In this document: positions 42,723 to 51,822 of the stretch, piece after piece
Layout of the letters: each line of letters starts with the position of its first letter
Position numbering within the stretch: position 1 is the stretch's first letter
Source of the DNA: a virus
Direction: 5' to 3' (one strand)
Length of the DNA stretch: 64,000 bases
Virus record (IMG/VR): IMGVR_UViG_3300044826_000112
Made by a program: the position numbers and the translations under genes
Notes under the pieces: generated by a model
What the model saw: only the letters and a program-made list of their open reading frames with translations
The model's database searches: none
What the model was told of the DNA's origin: nothing

Positions 42723-43811
42723 ATGGCTCAATATCCAGTGTTGTATAAGAAGGATCGAAAAGGTCGTGTCCGAACCTGGACTGCATACGTCAGCCCGATG
42801 CCCGATGGATCTGCTGTATTGGGCACTTCTTCAGGGTTGCTCGGAGGTAAGATGGTGGTCCAAGAGATCGCCATCACTGAAGGGAAGAACATTGGGCGTT
42901 CCAATGAGACTACTCCACTCGAGCAGGCTCATAAGGAGGCGGCAGCTCTCGTTCAGTTCAAGATCAACCGTGATCGTATGGCTGAAACCTTGATTGACGA
43001 CGACGAGATTCACCCTGCACAAGCCCAGTACTACAACAAGTATGCATACAAGTTGCCTGAGATCGTCATCGCTCAGCCAAAGCTGAACGGTATCCGAGCC
43101 TTCATCCGCAAGATTGAAGGTGAGATCCTGGTATTCTCCAAGCGTGGCGTCCGCTACCCAGTAATGGAAGCCAAGTTCGGAGCATACCTGAAGGTGATGA
43201 TGCGGGATGGTGAGATTCTGGATGGGGAGTTCTACATCCATGGCGTTGCTCTTCGTCTCATCGGGTCTGCAGTTAAGAAGCAAGGTCCTCTTACCCCTCA
43301 GGTGGAGTTCCATGTCTTCGATATGCCATCCCTACGGGTACGAGCAGAAGACCGTCTTCGTGCGGTTCATGAGCGGTTCCATAACACGGCCACTCGTGGT
43401 GCACAGATCATGGTCGTACCATCAGAGAAGATCAACAAGGCTGACTGCCCGGTGTACCGTCGCCGCCAGGAAGACTTGGGCTTCGAGGGTGCGATGTACC
43501 GCGATCCTGATGGTGAATACGAAGGCGGTGTTCGTGGTTACACCATCATGAAGGATAAGGATGAGTTCGATAGCGAGTTCCTCTGCATCGACACAACTAT
43601 TGACCGAGAAGGTCAAGGTCTCCTAGTCTGCGTGATGGATAATGGCGGTACCTTTGAGGTCCGTATGACCGGTCCGGATGCTGTCCGTACCGATATCGTT
43701 CAACATCCTGAGAACTGGAAAGGTAAGATGATCACCGTCAAGTACAACGATGTGCTCGATAGTGGGATTCCCCAATTCGCTCGAGGGATTGCCGCAAGGG
43801 ATTATGAGTAA
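42723..43811 (+). CDS. ATP-dependent DNA ligase
   Basis: Motif I QPKLNGIR, LDGEFY, FHVFD, GFEGAMYR, MKDK, OB domain ITVKY...GIPQF. Confidence 0.93.
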   Translation: MAQYPVLYKKDRKGRVRTWTAYVSPMPDGSAVLGTSSGLLGGKMVVQEIAITEGKNIGRSNETTPLEQAHKEAAALVQFKINRDRMAETLIDDDEIHPAQAQYYNKYAYKLPEIVIAQPKLNGIRAFIRKIEGEILVFSKRGVRYPVMEAKFGAYLKVMMRDGEILDGEFYIHGVALRLIGSAVKKQGPLTPQVEFHVFDMPSLRVRAEDRLRAVHERFHNTATRGAQIMVVPSEKINKADCPVYRRRQEDLGFEGAMYRDPDGEYEGGVRGYTIMKDKDEFDSEFLCIDTTIDREGQGLLVCVMDNGGTFEVRMTGPDAVRTDIVQHPENWKGKMITVKYNDVLDSGIPQFARGIAARDYE

Positions 43812-44020
43812 TGCAATGTAGCTGTGGTGGTACTGCAAAGGGTGTCGATCAGGAACGCACCAAGAAAGGTGTTGTTCTTGCTAGACTGACTTACAACGAG
43901 TGCACCTCCTGCGGGAGAGTGTCGGATGCAGATCTGTTCAAACTCAATGAGAAGTCGGGGGAACTCGAGTACGTAACATCTGGAAGGCCGGGTCCGCATT
44001 GGGCGGATCACGGTTTCTAA
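43811..44020 (+). CDS. Small zinc-ribbon protein
   Basis: CSCGG...CTSCGR; TAATG coupling. Confidence 0.7.
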   Translation: MQCSCGGTAKGVDQERTKKGVVLARLTYNECTSCGRVSDADLFKLNEKSGELEYVTSGRPGPHWADHGF

Positions 44021-44021
44021 C

Positions 44022-44043
44022 AAAGGGCCTTCGGGCCCTTTTT
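44022..44043 (+). terminator. Rho-independent terminator (UUCG loop)
   Basis: AAAGGGCC-TTCG-GGCCCTTTTT. Confidence 0.85.
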
Positions 44044-44067
44044 AGTCAATAATGGGGATTTCGCCCT

Positions 44068-44075
44068 GGTATAAG
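44068..44075 (+). promoter_or_regulatory. GGTATAAG phage promoter motif
   Basis: Directly after a terminator. Confidence 0.6.
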
Positions 44076-44164
44076 TAAAGTACAGGAGAGATAACCACAA
44101 AGGTGATCTATCCTTTAACCACTATAATGAGATTCAAAAAGAAACACTTTAAGGGAAAACGCAA

Positions 44165-44302
44165 ATGAAAAGATACGTAGCTATTCTGTTGATCGTCGCA
44201 TTCGGTGTAGCCGGCAACATAGACTACCAAGATCAACTCTATCGTCAGTGCAAAGCTAGTCAACCTGACGACATCAAGGCCTGTGTGGAGAATTCAAAAT
44301 GA
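44165..44302 (+). CDS. Small membrane/exported protein (45 aa)
   Basis: MKRYVAILLIVAFGVAGNIDYQDQLYRQCKASQPDDIKACVENSK; ATGA overlap with the next gene. Confidence 0.65.
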   Translation: MKRYVAILLIVAFGVAGNIDYQDQLYRQCKASQPDDIKACVENSK

Positions 44303-44610
44303 TCCAACAGATCCTTGCAGACCGAAAAATTCCCACGTTGCCGTGTGATCTTCAGTATCTCGACGCGGCAACTATAAGTATCCTGTTCCACAACCCATCT
44401 GATTCTCTGGATGCGTGGGCAGTTAGACTTCGCAGTGGCGAGGTCGTACTATTGATTCCTGACACAGAGGATAAGGCGTGGTTGTTCGTAGAGGAAGAGG
44501 GTCAGATCTGGATCTTAGGCGATGACGGCATACGTGTCCGAATGACTAGAGCTCAAATCGAATCCCGGATAGATGAACCTCTGAGACGCTGCCGACATCG
44601 TCTGCGTTGA
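44299..44610 (+). CDS. Hypothetical protein
   Basis: GGAG RBS, 103 aa. Confidence 0.65.
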   Translation: MIQQILADRKIPTLPCDLQYLDAATISILFHNPSDSLDAWAVRLRSGEVVLLIPDTEDKAWLFVEEEGQIWILGDDGIRVRMTRAQIESRIDEPLRRCRHRLR

Positions 44611-44681
44611 GTGGTGTGGTGTAACTAAGAGAGGTCAACTCTCTTTTTTACCTAAAATCACCCCAACGATAGGAGATTTGT

Positions 44682-45305
44682 ATGGACTGGACTGAACTAG
44701 ACATCGACCAAGCTGCAGAAGAAGTTTGGAAAAGAAACCACACACGCACAAAACTTGATACAATCAAGGCGATGATGCGTGGAGAAAAGGAGACACCACA
44801 TGCCCTTACAGGTTATAGACGAGATGCTGATTTCAAACAGCAACAGATCGCTCTCGGACAGGTTGCTGAACGACTGGCTGCTGCCCGCCTTGACAAGCTT
44901 GACCCTACTGCACGTCATTTGCTCGCTCCCGATAACAACAACAGCCGTGATATCTACGTTGCTCGGGGTGGGAATCTGGCACCTGATCAAGGCTATCAGG
45001 TTAAAGTGGGTGACCCGAACGAACACATCTACTATACGCTACGTGACAGACTCCGATCAGGAAATAACGATTCAATCATCCTCGACGGGAGTCTCTATCA
45101 CTCAGGGTCGCTACAAGGGTTCACTCCATATAAAGGTGAAACCTTAAAGCAGCTGCTGGATGAGACTGGTACAGAGGTGATCGGGATGCCTGGGCTGACC
45201 TCGTTGGCCAAAACTATCCGGGATCGAGAGGCTTCTAACAGTACTCTGGAACGTGGAATGCTAAAGATCGTTGAGATTGCAAAAAAACTTCGATATGGCT
45301 ATTGA
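44682..45305 (+). CDS. Hypothetical protein
   Basis: AGGAG RBS; preceded by a terminator and a TAAAAT motif (44653). Confidence 0.75.
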   Translation: MDWTELDIDQAAEEVWKRNHTRTKLDTIKAMMRGEKETPHALTGYRRDADFKQQQIALGQVAERLAAARLDKLDPTARHLLAPDNNNSRDIYVARGGNLAPDQGYQVKVGDPNEHIYYTLRDRLRSGNNDSIILDGSLYHSGSLQGFTPYKGETLKQLLDETGTEVIGMPGLTSLAKTIRDREASNSTLERGMLKIVEIAKKLRYGY

Positions 45306-45329
45306 CACAACGATCCTATGAGCTATTAT
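45302..45329 (+). promoter_or_regulatory. Host sigma70-type promoter
   Basis: TTGACA-N16-TATTAT upstream of 45354..45581. Confidence 0.5.
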
Positions 45330-45353
45330 GAGCATACTTCCTCAACAACCTAA

Positions 45354-45581
45354 ATGGTGAATGACATGAACGCTCGTAAAGCTCGCTTTGTAAAACCTTC
45401 TGGCTCTACCTACGAAGTACGTCCTGTAATGCCCAAGGGCAAAACCGGCCGTTACGGTAAAGCTCCGGAGAGCATCCGCCTCCAGGCCGCATCCTCTGAA
45501 GATGCAATCCGCCGGGCCGTAGTTTCTGGGTTCATCCCCAGCAACACCGTGATGCAGTACTACGAAGCTGCCCTGATTTAA
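45354..45581 (+). CDS. Small basic hypothetical protein
   Basis: 75 aa ORF with phage codon bias, own promoter and terminator (about 45612-45653). Confidence 0.7.
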   Translation: MVNDMNARKARFVKPSGSTYEVRPVMPKGKTGRYGKAPESIRLQAASSEDAIRRAVVSGFIPSNTVMQYYEAALI

Positions 45582-45659
45582 GATTTGCCCGTTTTGATGA
45601 CATAGCTCCCCAGCTTCCCCCGGTGGTCCTCCTCAGCCCCGGGGGCTTTTTCTTTGTGC

Positions 45660-46003
45660 GATCGACACATGTGTCTGGTCACTTTGAGTCCTCACCACAC
45701 CGCATATCGTTGATTCCATAGGCTTTTTAAGGCCGATGTGTCGGTTGTGTCGATTGTTCCACCCCAAAATACATACTCCTTTCCTTAGAACACCCAATGT
45801 GTCTTATTCTATATATCTCTCTATCTCTCGTAAGGAAAATAAAAATAAATAAATAAGAGGGGCGGTTAGGGATTTTCATGTACGGGGTGTTTTTGGGCCC
45901 TGGAACACCGACACATCGCACACATCCGACCGGTTTTCATTGAGATACTCAAGAACTCCTAATCGACACATCGAAAAGTGCCTGGAACACATACGTGCAC
46001 ATT
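45660..46003. repeat. Palindromic iteron-rich non-coding element, copy 2 (inverted relative to copy 1)
   Basis: Reverse complement aligns with 3455-3760; arms ATGTGTCGGTTGTGTCGATTGTTCCA / TGGAACACCGACACATCGCACACAT; inner TTCCTTA...TAAGGAA; AT-rich centre. Confidence 0.9.
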
Positions 46004-46016
46004 TAGGCAGATCCTT

Positions 46017-46024
46017 GGTATAAT
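46017..46024 (+). promoter_or_regulatory. GGTATAAT promoter motif (also fits extended -10 TGnTATAAT)
   Basis: TTGGTATAAT about 33 nt upstream of the polymerase N-part ATG. Confidence 0.65.
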
Positions 46025-46056
46025 AACTATGTAGCGATCTTACTAAGGGAGGACGC

Positions 46057-47418
46057 ATGGCAGTCGTCAAAAAGCTCAAGCCAATTGATATGACTCTTGA
46101 GCAACTATATGCTCATGAGAAATTCACACCTACTATCCGTAAAGCAATTCTCCTCAAGGAGGACTTCAGCAAGATCCAAGTGGACTATTGCGACAAGGTC
46201 TGTACTGTACCCAGTCGTATGAAGTGCCCGGACAACGTGTATCTGCAAACGTTCGATGAGCCGGTAGATATCCTGATTCTCCAAGAGCAAGTCCCTCTTG
46301 ATGAGAAGTGGAAAACCGGTCAGCAGGTCAACCGTATTCACCGCAAGATCATGGGCTACATGATGAACCAGGTGAATGACACCAACTTGTCTGTGGCATA
46401 CCTAGATCTCGTTAAGTGTCCGAACAAGTTCAACCCTGTGAAGGGTAAGCACAAGAATGCTACTGCTACGCAGATGGCGTCCTGTGCACCTTATCTTTAC
46501 GAGCAAATCCGGCAGGCTCGTCCAAAGGTAATCGTCAGTACCTCATCTGTGGCAACGAAGGTGCTGGGCTTGAAGAAGTCCAACTACAACAACCGTGGAG
46601 AGTTCCATCTGACAGACATCCCAGGCCTGGACTACCAGGTACCTGTGGTTCTGACTCTACACGCTTCTGTTTTAGTCATGATCCGGCAGAACGCCTCAGG
46701 CAAGATGTACGGTCCTGACTTCTTCTCAGTCATCCGTCGCGACTTCCAGAAGGCATGCGATCTGGCCAACCAGAAGTATGCAGCTGGTGATGTCCGCCTA
46801 GCTATTCAGCAGCTGAAAGCCAGGGGTGCAATCCAGTACTGCAAGAACATGGATGACGTTAAGAAGTACTATAACGAAATCATGGCCTTGCCTGAGAACG
46901 CAGTGTTCTCCTGGGATACGGAAACGACATCTCTCGACCCATGGTCAGACGATGCTCGACTCCTCTGCTCGCAGTTCGGATGGCGCCGGCCAGATGGCTC
47001 TCTCATTGGGGTATCCTTCCCGCTTTGGCACAAGGACAACCCGATGAATCCAGATATCATCTGGGACTATGTAGTGGACATCTTGATGCGGCCTAACCCG
47101 AAGGTTGGCCACAACGTCAAGTTTGATATCGTGTTCACTGAGGTGACCACAGGTATCCGTCCGGTCAACGTCTGCTTCGATACTCTGCTATGTGCTCACA
47201 GCATCAACAGTGGTATTCAGCAGAACTATAGCCTGAAGACTGTCATCTGGGATTGGACTCCGGAGACTGGCCTGGGCGGCTATGAAGACCTTCTGGATGA
47301 AAGTCTGACCGAGGAGCAGGTTGCCCTCATCAAGGCGGAGCTCAAGAAGGAACGTGACGCCAAGAAGGCGTTGGGATTAACCGACTCCGACGACGAAGAA
47401 GAGGAGTCAGAAGAATGA
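46057..47418 (+). CDS. DNA polymerase family A, N-terminal part (UDG-like domain plus partial 3'-5' exonuclease)
   Basis: UDG family-4-like LVKCP...CAPYLYEQIRQARPKVIV...LTLHAS; ExoI WDTETTSLD; ExoII GHNVKFDI; FDTLL..H; acidic tail. Confidence 0.85.
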   Translation: MAVVKKLKPIDMTLEQLYAHEKFTPTIRKAILLKEDFSKIQVDYCDKVCTVPSRMKCPDNVYLQTFDEPVDILILQEQVPLDEKWKTGQQVNRIHRKIMGYMMNQVNDTNLSVAYLDLVKCPNKFNPVKGKHKNATATQMASCAPYLYEQIRQARPKVIVSTSSVATKVLGLKKSNYNNRGEFHLTDIPGLDYQVPVVLTLHASVLVMIRQNASGKMYGPDFFSVIRRDFQKACDLANQKYAAGDVRLAIQQLKARGAIQYCKNMDDVKKYYNEIMALPENAVFSWDTETTSLDPWSDDARLLCSQFGWRRPDGSLIGVSFPLWHKDNPMNPDIIWDYVVDILMRPNPKVGHNVKFDIVFTEVTTGIRPVNVCFDTLLCAHSINSGIQQNYSLKTVIWDWTPETGLGGYEDLLDESLTEEQVALIKAELKKERDAKKALGLTDSDDEEEESEE

Positions 47419-47780
47419 GGATGTTCTTGATGGTTTTTCTACTGTTCGCCCTGTACTGCGGTGTCCTGTACCTGATCTGGTACAAGTTCAAGCAGCCAAG
47501 CTACGTGGGTATGTTGGATAGGCTCTATAAGGAGTTCCCGAACTGTGAGTTCGTGATCCTTTATGGGGCCAAGTCGAAAAAGCCTTACGGCTTTACATTC
47601 GAGCCCAAACTGAGTATGCTCCTTATCGTTGACATGGAATCTCTCAATCGCTTCCACAGGCCTCCAGAGCCTATGATAGCTTCTCCATTGGGGACTGATG
47701 AGATTCATGAGTTCGAGCTGATCGACTACATAAAGGAGAAACTCAATGTCCCTCAATCGCGACATCCAAATTCTGGTTGA
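47415..47780 (+). CDS. Hypothetical membrane-anchored protein
   Basis: N-terminal TM helix; ATGA overlap. Confidence 0.7.
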   Translation: MRMFLMVFLLFALYCGVLYLIWYKFKQPSYVGMLDRLYKEFPNCEFVILYGAKSKKPYGFTFEPKLSMLLIVDMESLNRFHRPPEPMIASPLGTDEIHEFELIDYIKEKLNVPQSRHPNSG

Positions 47781-48042
47781 CGATATCGGTGCCGTACTGG
47801 ACCAAGCCGGCGTACCTACTACTGACCAGCAAGGCCGCGGTATGAACACCTTCGCTCGTGTGAACCTGGTTCTGCAGTTCAATGCGAATCTGCAACAAGG
47901 TCTGAACGATGCCAACGCAGGTCTCGGCCTGCTGGGTGAGATCCTCGAGAAGCACGGTCTGAACCGTGAAGAAGAGCTGGCAATCCTCTTGGAAGACAAG
48001 AAGGCTGCCGAAGCTGCCAAGGCAGAAAAACCCGCTGAGTAA
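47746..48042 (+). CDS. Hypothetical protein
   Basis: AAGGAG RBS; followed by a UUCG hairpin terminator (about 48059-48082). Confidence 0.75.
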   Translation: MSLNRDIQILVDDIGAVLDQAGVPTTDQQGRGMNTFARVNLVLQFNANLQQGLNDANAGLGLLGEILEKHGLNREEELAILLEDKKAAEAAKAEKPAE

Positions 48043-48093
48043 TCAGCAAACCACCATAAGGCCCTTCGGGGCCTTTTCTTTTGGAGAGTAAAA

Positions 48094-48384
48094 ATGGAAA
48101 ACGTTGCAATGCCCCGTACTGCAGAGCCTATCGCTCCGGCTCTGGATAAGATCAAAACCCATCCCAACAACTGCCTGTTGGTAATCGACTTCGAAGCTTC
48201 CGGCCAAGGCACCATCGGACGCATCGTTAAGAGTGACGTAGGTGAGTATGCCGTCGGCACTAAAGTAGCGTTTCGTCGCAGCCCCTCTCAAGCCCTTCTG
48301 GGATTCGTAGAGGGTCAGCAAGAACCGCGTGTACTTCGCATCATCGTACACGCCCGTCAAATCATGGCAGTTATCGAGGAGTAA
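48094..48384 (+). CDS. Putative GroES-like co-chaperonin
   Basis: 96 aa; KIKTHPNNCLLV, GRIVKSD..YAVGTKVAF, C-terminal IIVHARQIMAVIEE resemble the GroES fold. Confidence 0.45.
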   Translation: MENVAMPRTAEPIAPALDKIKTHPNNCLLVIDFEASGQGTIGRIVKSDVGEYAVGTKVAFRRSPSQALLGFVEGQQEPRVLRIIVHARQIMAVIEE

Positions 48385-48386
48385 TC

Positions 48387-48881
48387 ATGCAAGGTCGTGA
48401 CTATCTCTTGGGCGTACAGCCCATCTCTCAAGTAATCGGTGAGATTATTCATCCAACCGATCCCCTGTTCTCTCAGATCCCCGGCATGTATGCCGTCAAG
48501 GTTCTGTCCCTGCCGATTCTCCCAAGCATGTACGAGGATATCTCTCGTAGTGCTGCGAGTGTTCTCTCGGTAGGTGACATCATCCTGGTCAGCGGATTCA
48601 CTACTGTGTACACCGATGAGCAGCTGCGTTCTGACGCAGCAGAGAACTCCTGGAACAGCGTTATAACTAGCGAGCTTCGCTACACGCAACGTCTGATAGA
48701 GGAGACTCGAGACGGTGGGGCTGAAGTTGGACATCCCGTGGCTGTAGATGATTCTCCAGTGCTTAACGGAGATCTGGCTCAAGCTACCATCCGTCGTTCT
48801 ATCGAAGACGATGTAACCCTGTACGCATCTATTAACCCGAGCAATATCTTCGGGAAGGTGTTGCAAGGTTGTGCTCGTTGA
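48387..48881 (+). CDS. Hypothetical protein
   Basis: GAGGAG RBS, 164 aa. Confidence 0.75.
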   Translation: MQGRDYLLGVQPISQVIGEIIHPTDPLFSQIPGMYAVKVLSLPILPSMYEDISRSAASVLSVGDIILVSGFTTVYTDEQLRSDAAENSWNSVITSELRYTQRLIEETRDGGAEVGHPVAVDDSPVLNGDLAQATIRRSIEDDVTLYASINPSNIFGKVLQGCAR

Positions 48882-48948
48882 ACTATATTATCCCAAGTGC
48901 GGAGTTGACCGCCTAACTACAACTTACCCTCATCTAGGAGTTGACCTT

Positions 48949-50199
48949 ATGAGTAAGAAAGCCACCCTTGCCGTGATCTTTGGTCGCTGGCAGCCCCTCC
49001 ACAACGGCCACCTGACCCTGTTTCAGGAAGCCGTTAAAAGTGCCAAGCATGTTCTCGTGTTCGTTGGCTCTTCCAATAAACCCCGTACCCCACAGAACCC
49101 GTTCTCAGCTGAAGAACGTATCGACATGATCTACAAGGTCTTCGAGAGCGGTCTCGAAGAGCAGCTTGAAGGCATGTACGACGTCGTCCCTTTGCCTGAC
49201 TCTTACATGGATTCCGTGTGGAGTACTGACGTTCGCCGCCTGGTTAACTCCTTTGCGTGTGACGTCGTTGCTGATTACGGTGATGAGATCCTCGATTCGG
49301 ATATCCTCGTCGTAGGTCACGAGAAGGATGACTCCAGCTACTATCTGAACATCTTCCCTGAGTGGAACGTGAAGAAAGTGCCGAACTTCAATGGCTTGAA
49401 CGCCACTGATATTCGTAACGAGCTGTTCAATCGTAAGCGTCCGGTAGACCCAGGATTCACTAACCGCATCGCCAAGTACTTGGCAGTGTGGTGCGGTAAG
49501 TCTGAGACTGAAGTCCAGATGTTCATGGACACTCGTCTGCGGAAGGACCTGCCTGCCCAAGTCGATCCTAAGGCCTCTGAGGAGCTCTCTAAGCAACTCC
49601 GACCGCTGGACCTAACCTACCTATCCATCAACGTGCCGGAAGGCGTACGCGAGTTCCTACGCGGTTACATGACTACAGACTCATACTTGGACATGATCGA
49701 GGAGACCTTCTCTTATGCATGCAACAAGATGACCTGGGGTCTGGCTCCGTACGCTCCTACCTTCGTGACTGTCGATGCGGTAGTGACCATGAAGGGTCAC
49801 GTACTGTTGATCCGTCGCAAGCAGTCTCCTGGCCGCGGCCTGTGGGCTCTGCCTGGCGGGTTCATCGATCAGGAAAATCCCCTGGTCGACAACGTGATTC
49901 GCGAGCTTCGTGAGGAGACTCGCATCTCCATCCCGAACAACAAGCTCAAGGACTGCATCACCAAGATGATTACTGTGGATGATCCGTACCGCAGTAAGCG
50001 TGGCCGCACTATCACCCATGCTGCTCACATCGATCTGGACAAACTCCCTGATAGTGACATTCAACAGCTCCCGACCGTACGCGGTTGTGACGATGCCGAG
50101 AAGGCACGCTGGTTCACCTTCAGTGAAGTTCTGGATTTCGGCTCTACCCTGTTCGAAGACCATGCAGAAATCATCAAACGTCTCGTATTCAGCAAGTAA
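48949..50199 (+). CDS. Bifunctional NMN adenylyltransferase / Nudix ADP-ribose pyrophosphatase (NadM-Nudix)
   Basis: GRWQPLHNGH, GHEKDDSSYYL..FPEW, NATDIR; TFVTVDAVV, ALPGGF...RELREET Nudix box, DDAEKARW, FEDH. Confidence 0.93.
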   Translation: MSKKATLAVIFGRWQPLHNGHLTLFQEAVKSAKHVLVFVGSSNKPRTPQNPFSAEERIDMIYKVFESGLEEQLEGMYDVVPLPDSYMDSVWSTDVRRLVNSFACDVVADYGDEILDSDILVVGHEKDDSSYYLNIFPEWNVKKVPNFNGLNATDIRNELFNRKRPVDPGFTNRIAKYLAVWCGKSETEVQMFMDTRLRKDLPAQVDPKASEELSKQLRPLDLTYLSINVPEGVREFLRGYMTTDSYLDMIEETFSYACNKMTWGLAPYAPTFVTVDAVVTMKGHVLLIRRKQSPGRGLWALPGGFIDQENPLVDNVIRELREETRISIPNNKLKDCITKMITVDDPYRSKRGRTITHAAHIDLDKLPDSDIQQLPTVRGCDDAEKARWFTFSEVLDFGSTLFEDHAEIIKRLVFSK

Positions 50200-50209
50200 G
50201 GAAACTGCT

Positions 50210-51736
50210 ATGAACACTATGCAAAACTCTCTCGTTAACCTGTACCGCTCCCACATCCAGGCCGGCCACGTGCGTGTCGAAATGAACGGCATCGCCCGGG
50301 AATTCGAACGCATGTTCAGTCCGAACCGTAACGTTCTGACCAATGCCGACGGCTACAAGTACAGCCAGTACCTGCAATACCCTGAAGGTACCACCTACGT
50401 TGCTTCCTACATCGAAGCTCGTGTCGGTGCCAAGCACAGTCGCATCCTCTGGTGTGGTCTGCAGGCTTTCCTGAAGGAAACTCTGACCGTCCGTATCACC
50501 AAGAAGATGGTCGACAAGATGGCCAAGATCGCCAAGTCTGCAGGTGCTCCGTTCAACTACGATGGCTTCATGCGTATCGTGAACGAGTTCGACGGCCGTT
50601 GGCCGCTGCGTATCCGTGCTCTGCCGGAAGGTGCAGTAGTCAAGCCTGGCACCGTACTGGCTCTGGTGGAGAATACCCACCCGGACTTCTTCTGGTGCAC
50701 CTCCTTCATCGAGACTATGCTGCTGCGTGCGGCCTGGTACATGACTACCGTAGCTACTGTCTCCAAAGACATCTACGACCTGTGCCTGGGTACTCTGGTC
50801 GAGTTCACTGACCTGAAGGGCGAAGCTCTGAAGATGGTTCTGAAGTTCATGCTGAACGACTTCGGTGCACGCGGTGCTTCCTGCCACGAAGCTGCGGTAC
50901 TGGGCGGCATGGGTCACCTGATGACTGGTTTCCGTGGTTCTGACACTACTGAAGCCTCTGAGGGTGCCGAGCTGTACTACAACCACAACATCGAGGAAGA
51001 TGCTCCGACCAAGACCGTACCGGCCTCTGAGCACTCCACCGCTGCGTCCGAAGGTGAAAAGGGTGAACATATCTTCAACTCCCGCATGATCAAGGCGTTC
51101 GGGGATGGCTTCATCTTCGCCTCTGTATGTGACAGCTTCGACCACTTCAAGAACGTGGCTGAGAACTGGCTTGGCAAGAATGCAGTAGAAGTCATGAACA
51201 TGAATGCCCGTCTGGTTATCCGTCCGGACTCTGGTGATCCTGTAGACATGGCTCTGGCTACTGTGGAGCTGCTGGATGAGAAGGTGGGTTCCACCCCGAA
51301 CTCCAAAGGCCTGAAGGTCCTGCATCCGAAGTTCCGTGTGATCTACGGTGACGGTATCGACTACAGCACTATCCTGGCCATCTTCACCGCTCTCATCGAG
51401 AACGGTTACTCCCCGGAGAACATCTGCTTCGGTATGGGTGGGGCTCTGCTTCAGAAGTGCGACCGTGACTGGGAACGCTTCGCTATGAAGGCCTGTGAGC
51501 TGGAAGTCATGGGCGTCAAGCGTCACGTCGGTAAGAAGCCGAAGACTGATCCTTCCAAGACCTCCAAGTTCGGCATCTACACGCCGCACCTGGTAGACGC
51601 GGAGATTGTCAACGTGGCTGCAGATGGTCCGGTTCCGGAGGGTGCCGTGGAAGTCTTCCCGGTAGTATTCGAGAACGGCTTCCTTCTGAAGGACTGGAGC
51701 CTGGACGAGATCTCCTCGTTCTCTGCCATGCAGTAA
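50210..51736 (+). CDS. nadV: Nicotinamide phosphoribosyltransferase (NAMPT)
   Basis: DGYKYSQYLQYP, GLQAFLK, ETMLLRAAWY..TVAT, NDFGARG, PASEHS, VIRPDSGDP, GDGI, FGMGGALLQ..DRD..FAMK. Confidence 0.93.
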   Translation: MNTMQNSLVNLYRSHIQAGHVRVEMNGIAREFERMFSPNRNVLTNADGYKYSQYLQYPEGTTYVASYIEARVGAKHSRILWCGLQAFLKETLTVRITKKMVDKMAKIAKSAGAPFNYDGFMRIVNEFDGRWPLRIRALPEGAVVKPGTVLALVENTHPDFFWCTSFIETMLLRAAWYMTTVATVSKDIYDLCLGTLVEFTDLKGEALKMVLKFMLNDFGARGASCHEAAVLGGMGHLMTGFRGSDTTEASEGAELYYNHNIEEDAPTKTVPASEHSTAASEGEKGEHIFNSRMIKAFGDGFIFASVCDSFDHFKNVAENWLGKNAVEVMNMNARLVIRPDSGDPVDMALATVELLDEKVGSTPNSKGLKVLHPKFRVIYGDGIDYSTILAIFTALIENGYSPENICFGMGGALLQKCDRDWERFAMKACELEVMGVKRHVGKKPKTDPSKTSKFGIYTPHLVDAEIVNVAADGPVPEGAVEVFPVVFENGFLLKDWSLDEISSFSAMQ

Positions 51737-51741
51737 ACCTC

Positions 51742-51769
51742 AAAGGGCCCTACGGGGCCCTTTATTTTT
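51742..51769 (+). terminator. Rho-independent terminator (UACG loop)
   Basis: AAAGGGCCC-TACG-GGGCCCTTTATTTTT; followed by GGTATAAG at 51795. Confidence 0.85.
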
Positions 51770-51822
51770 ACCCACCAACTATGCCTCATTTCTCGGTATA
51801 AGTACTCTGAGGAGGGCCACAT

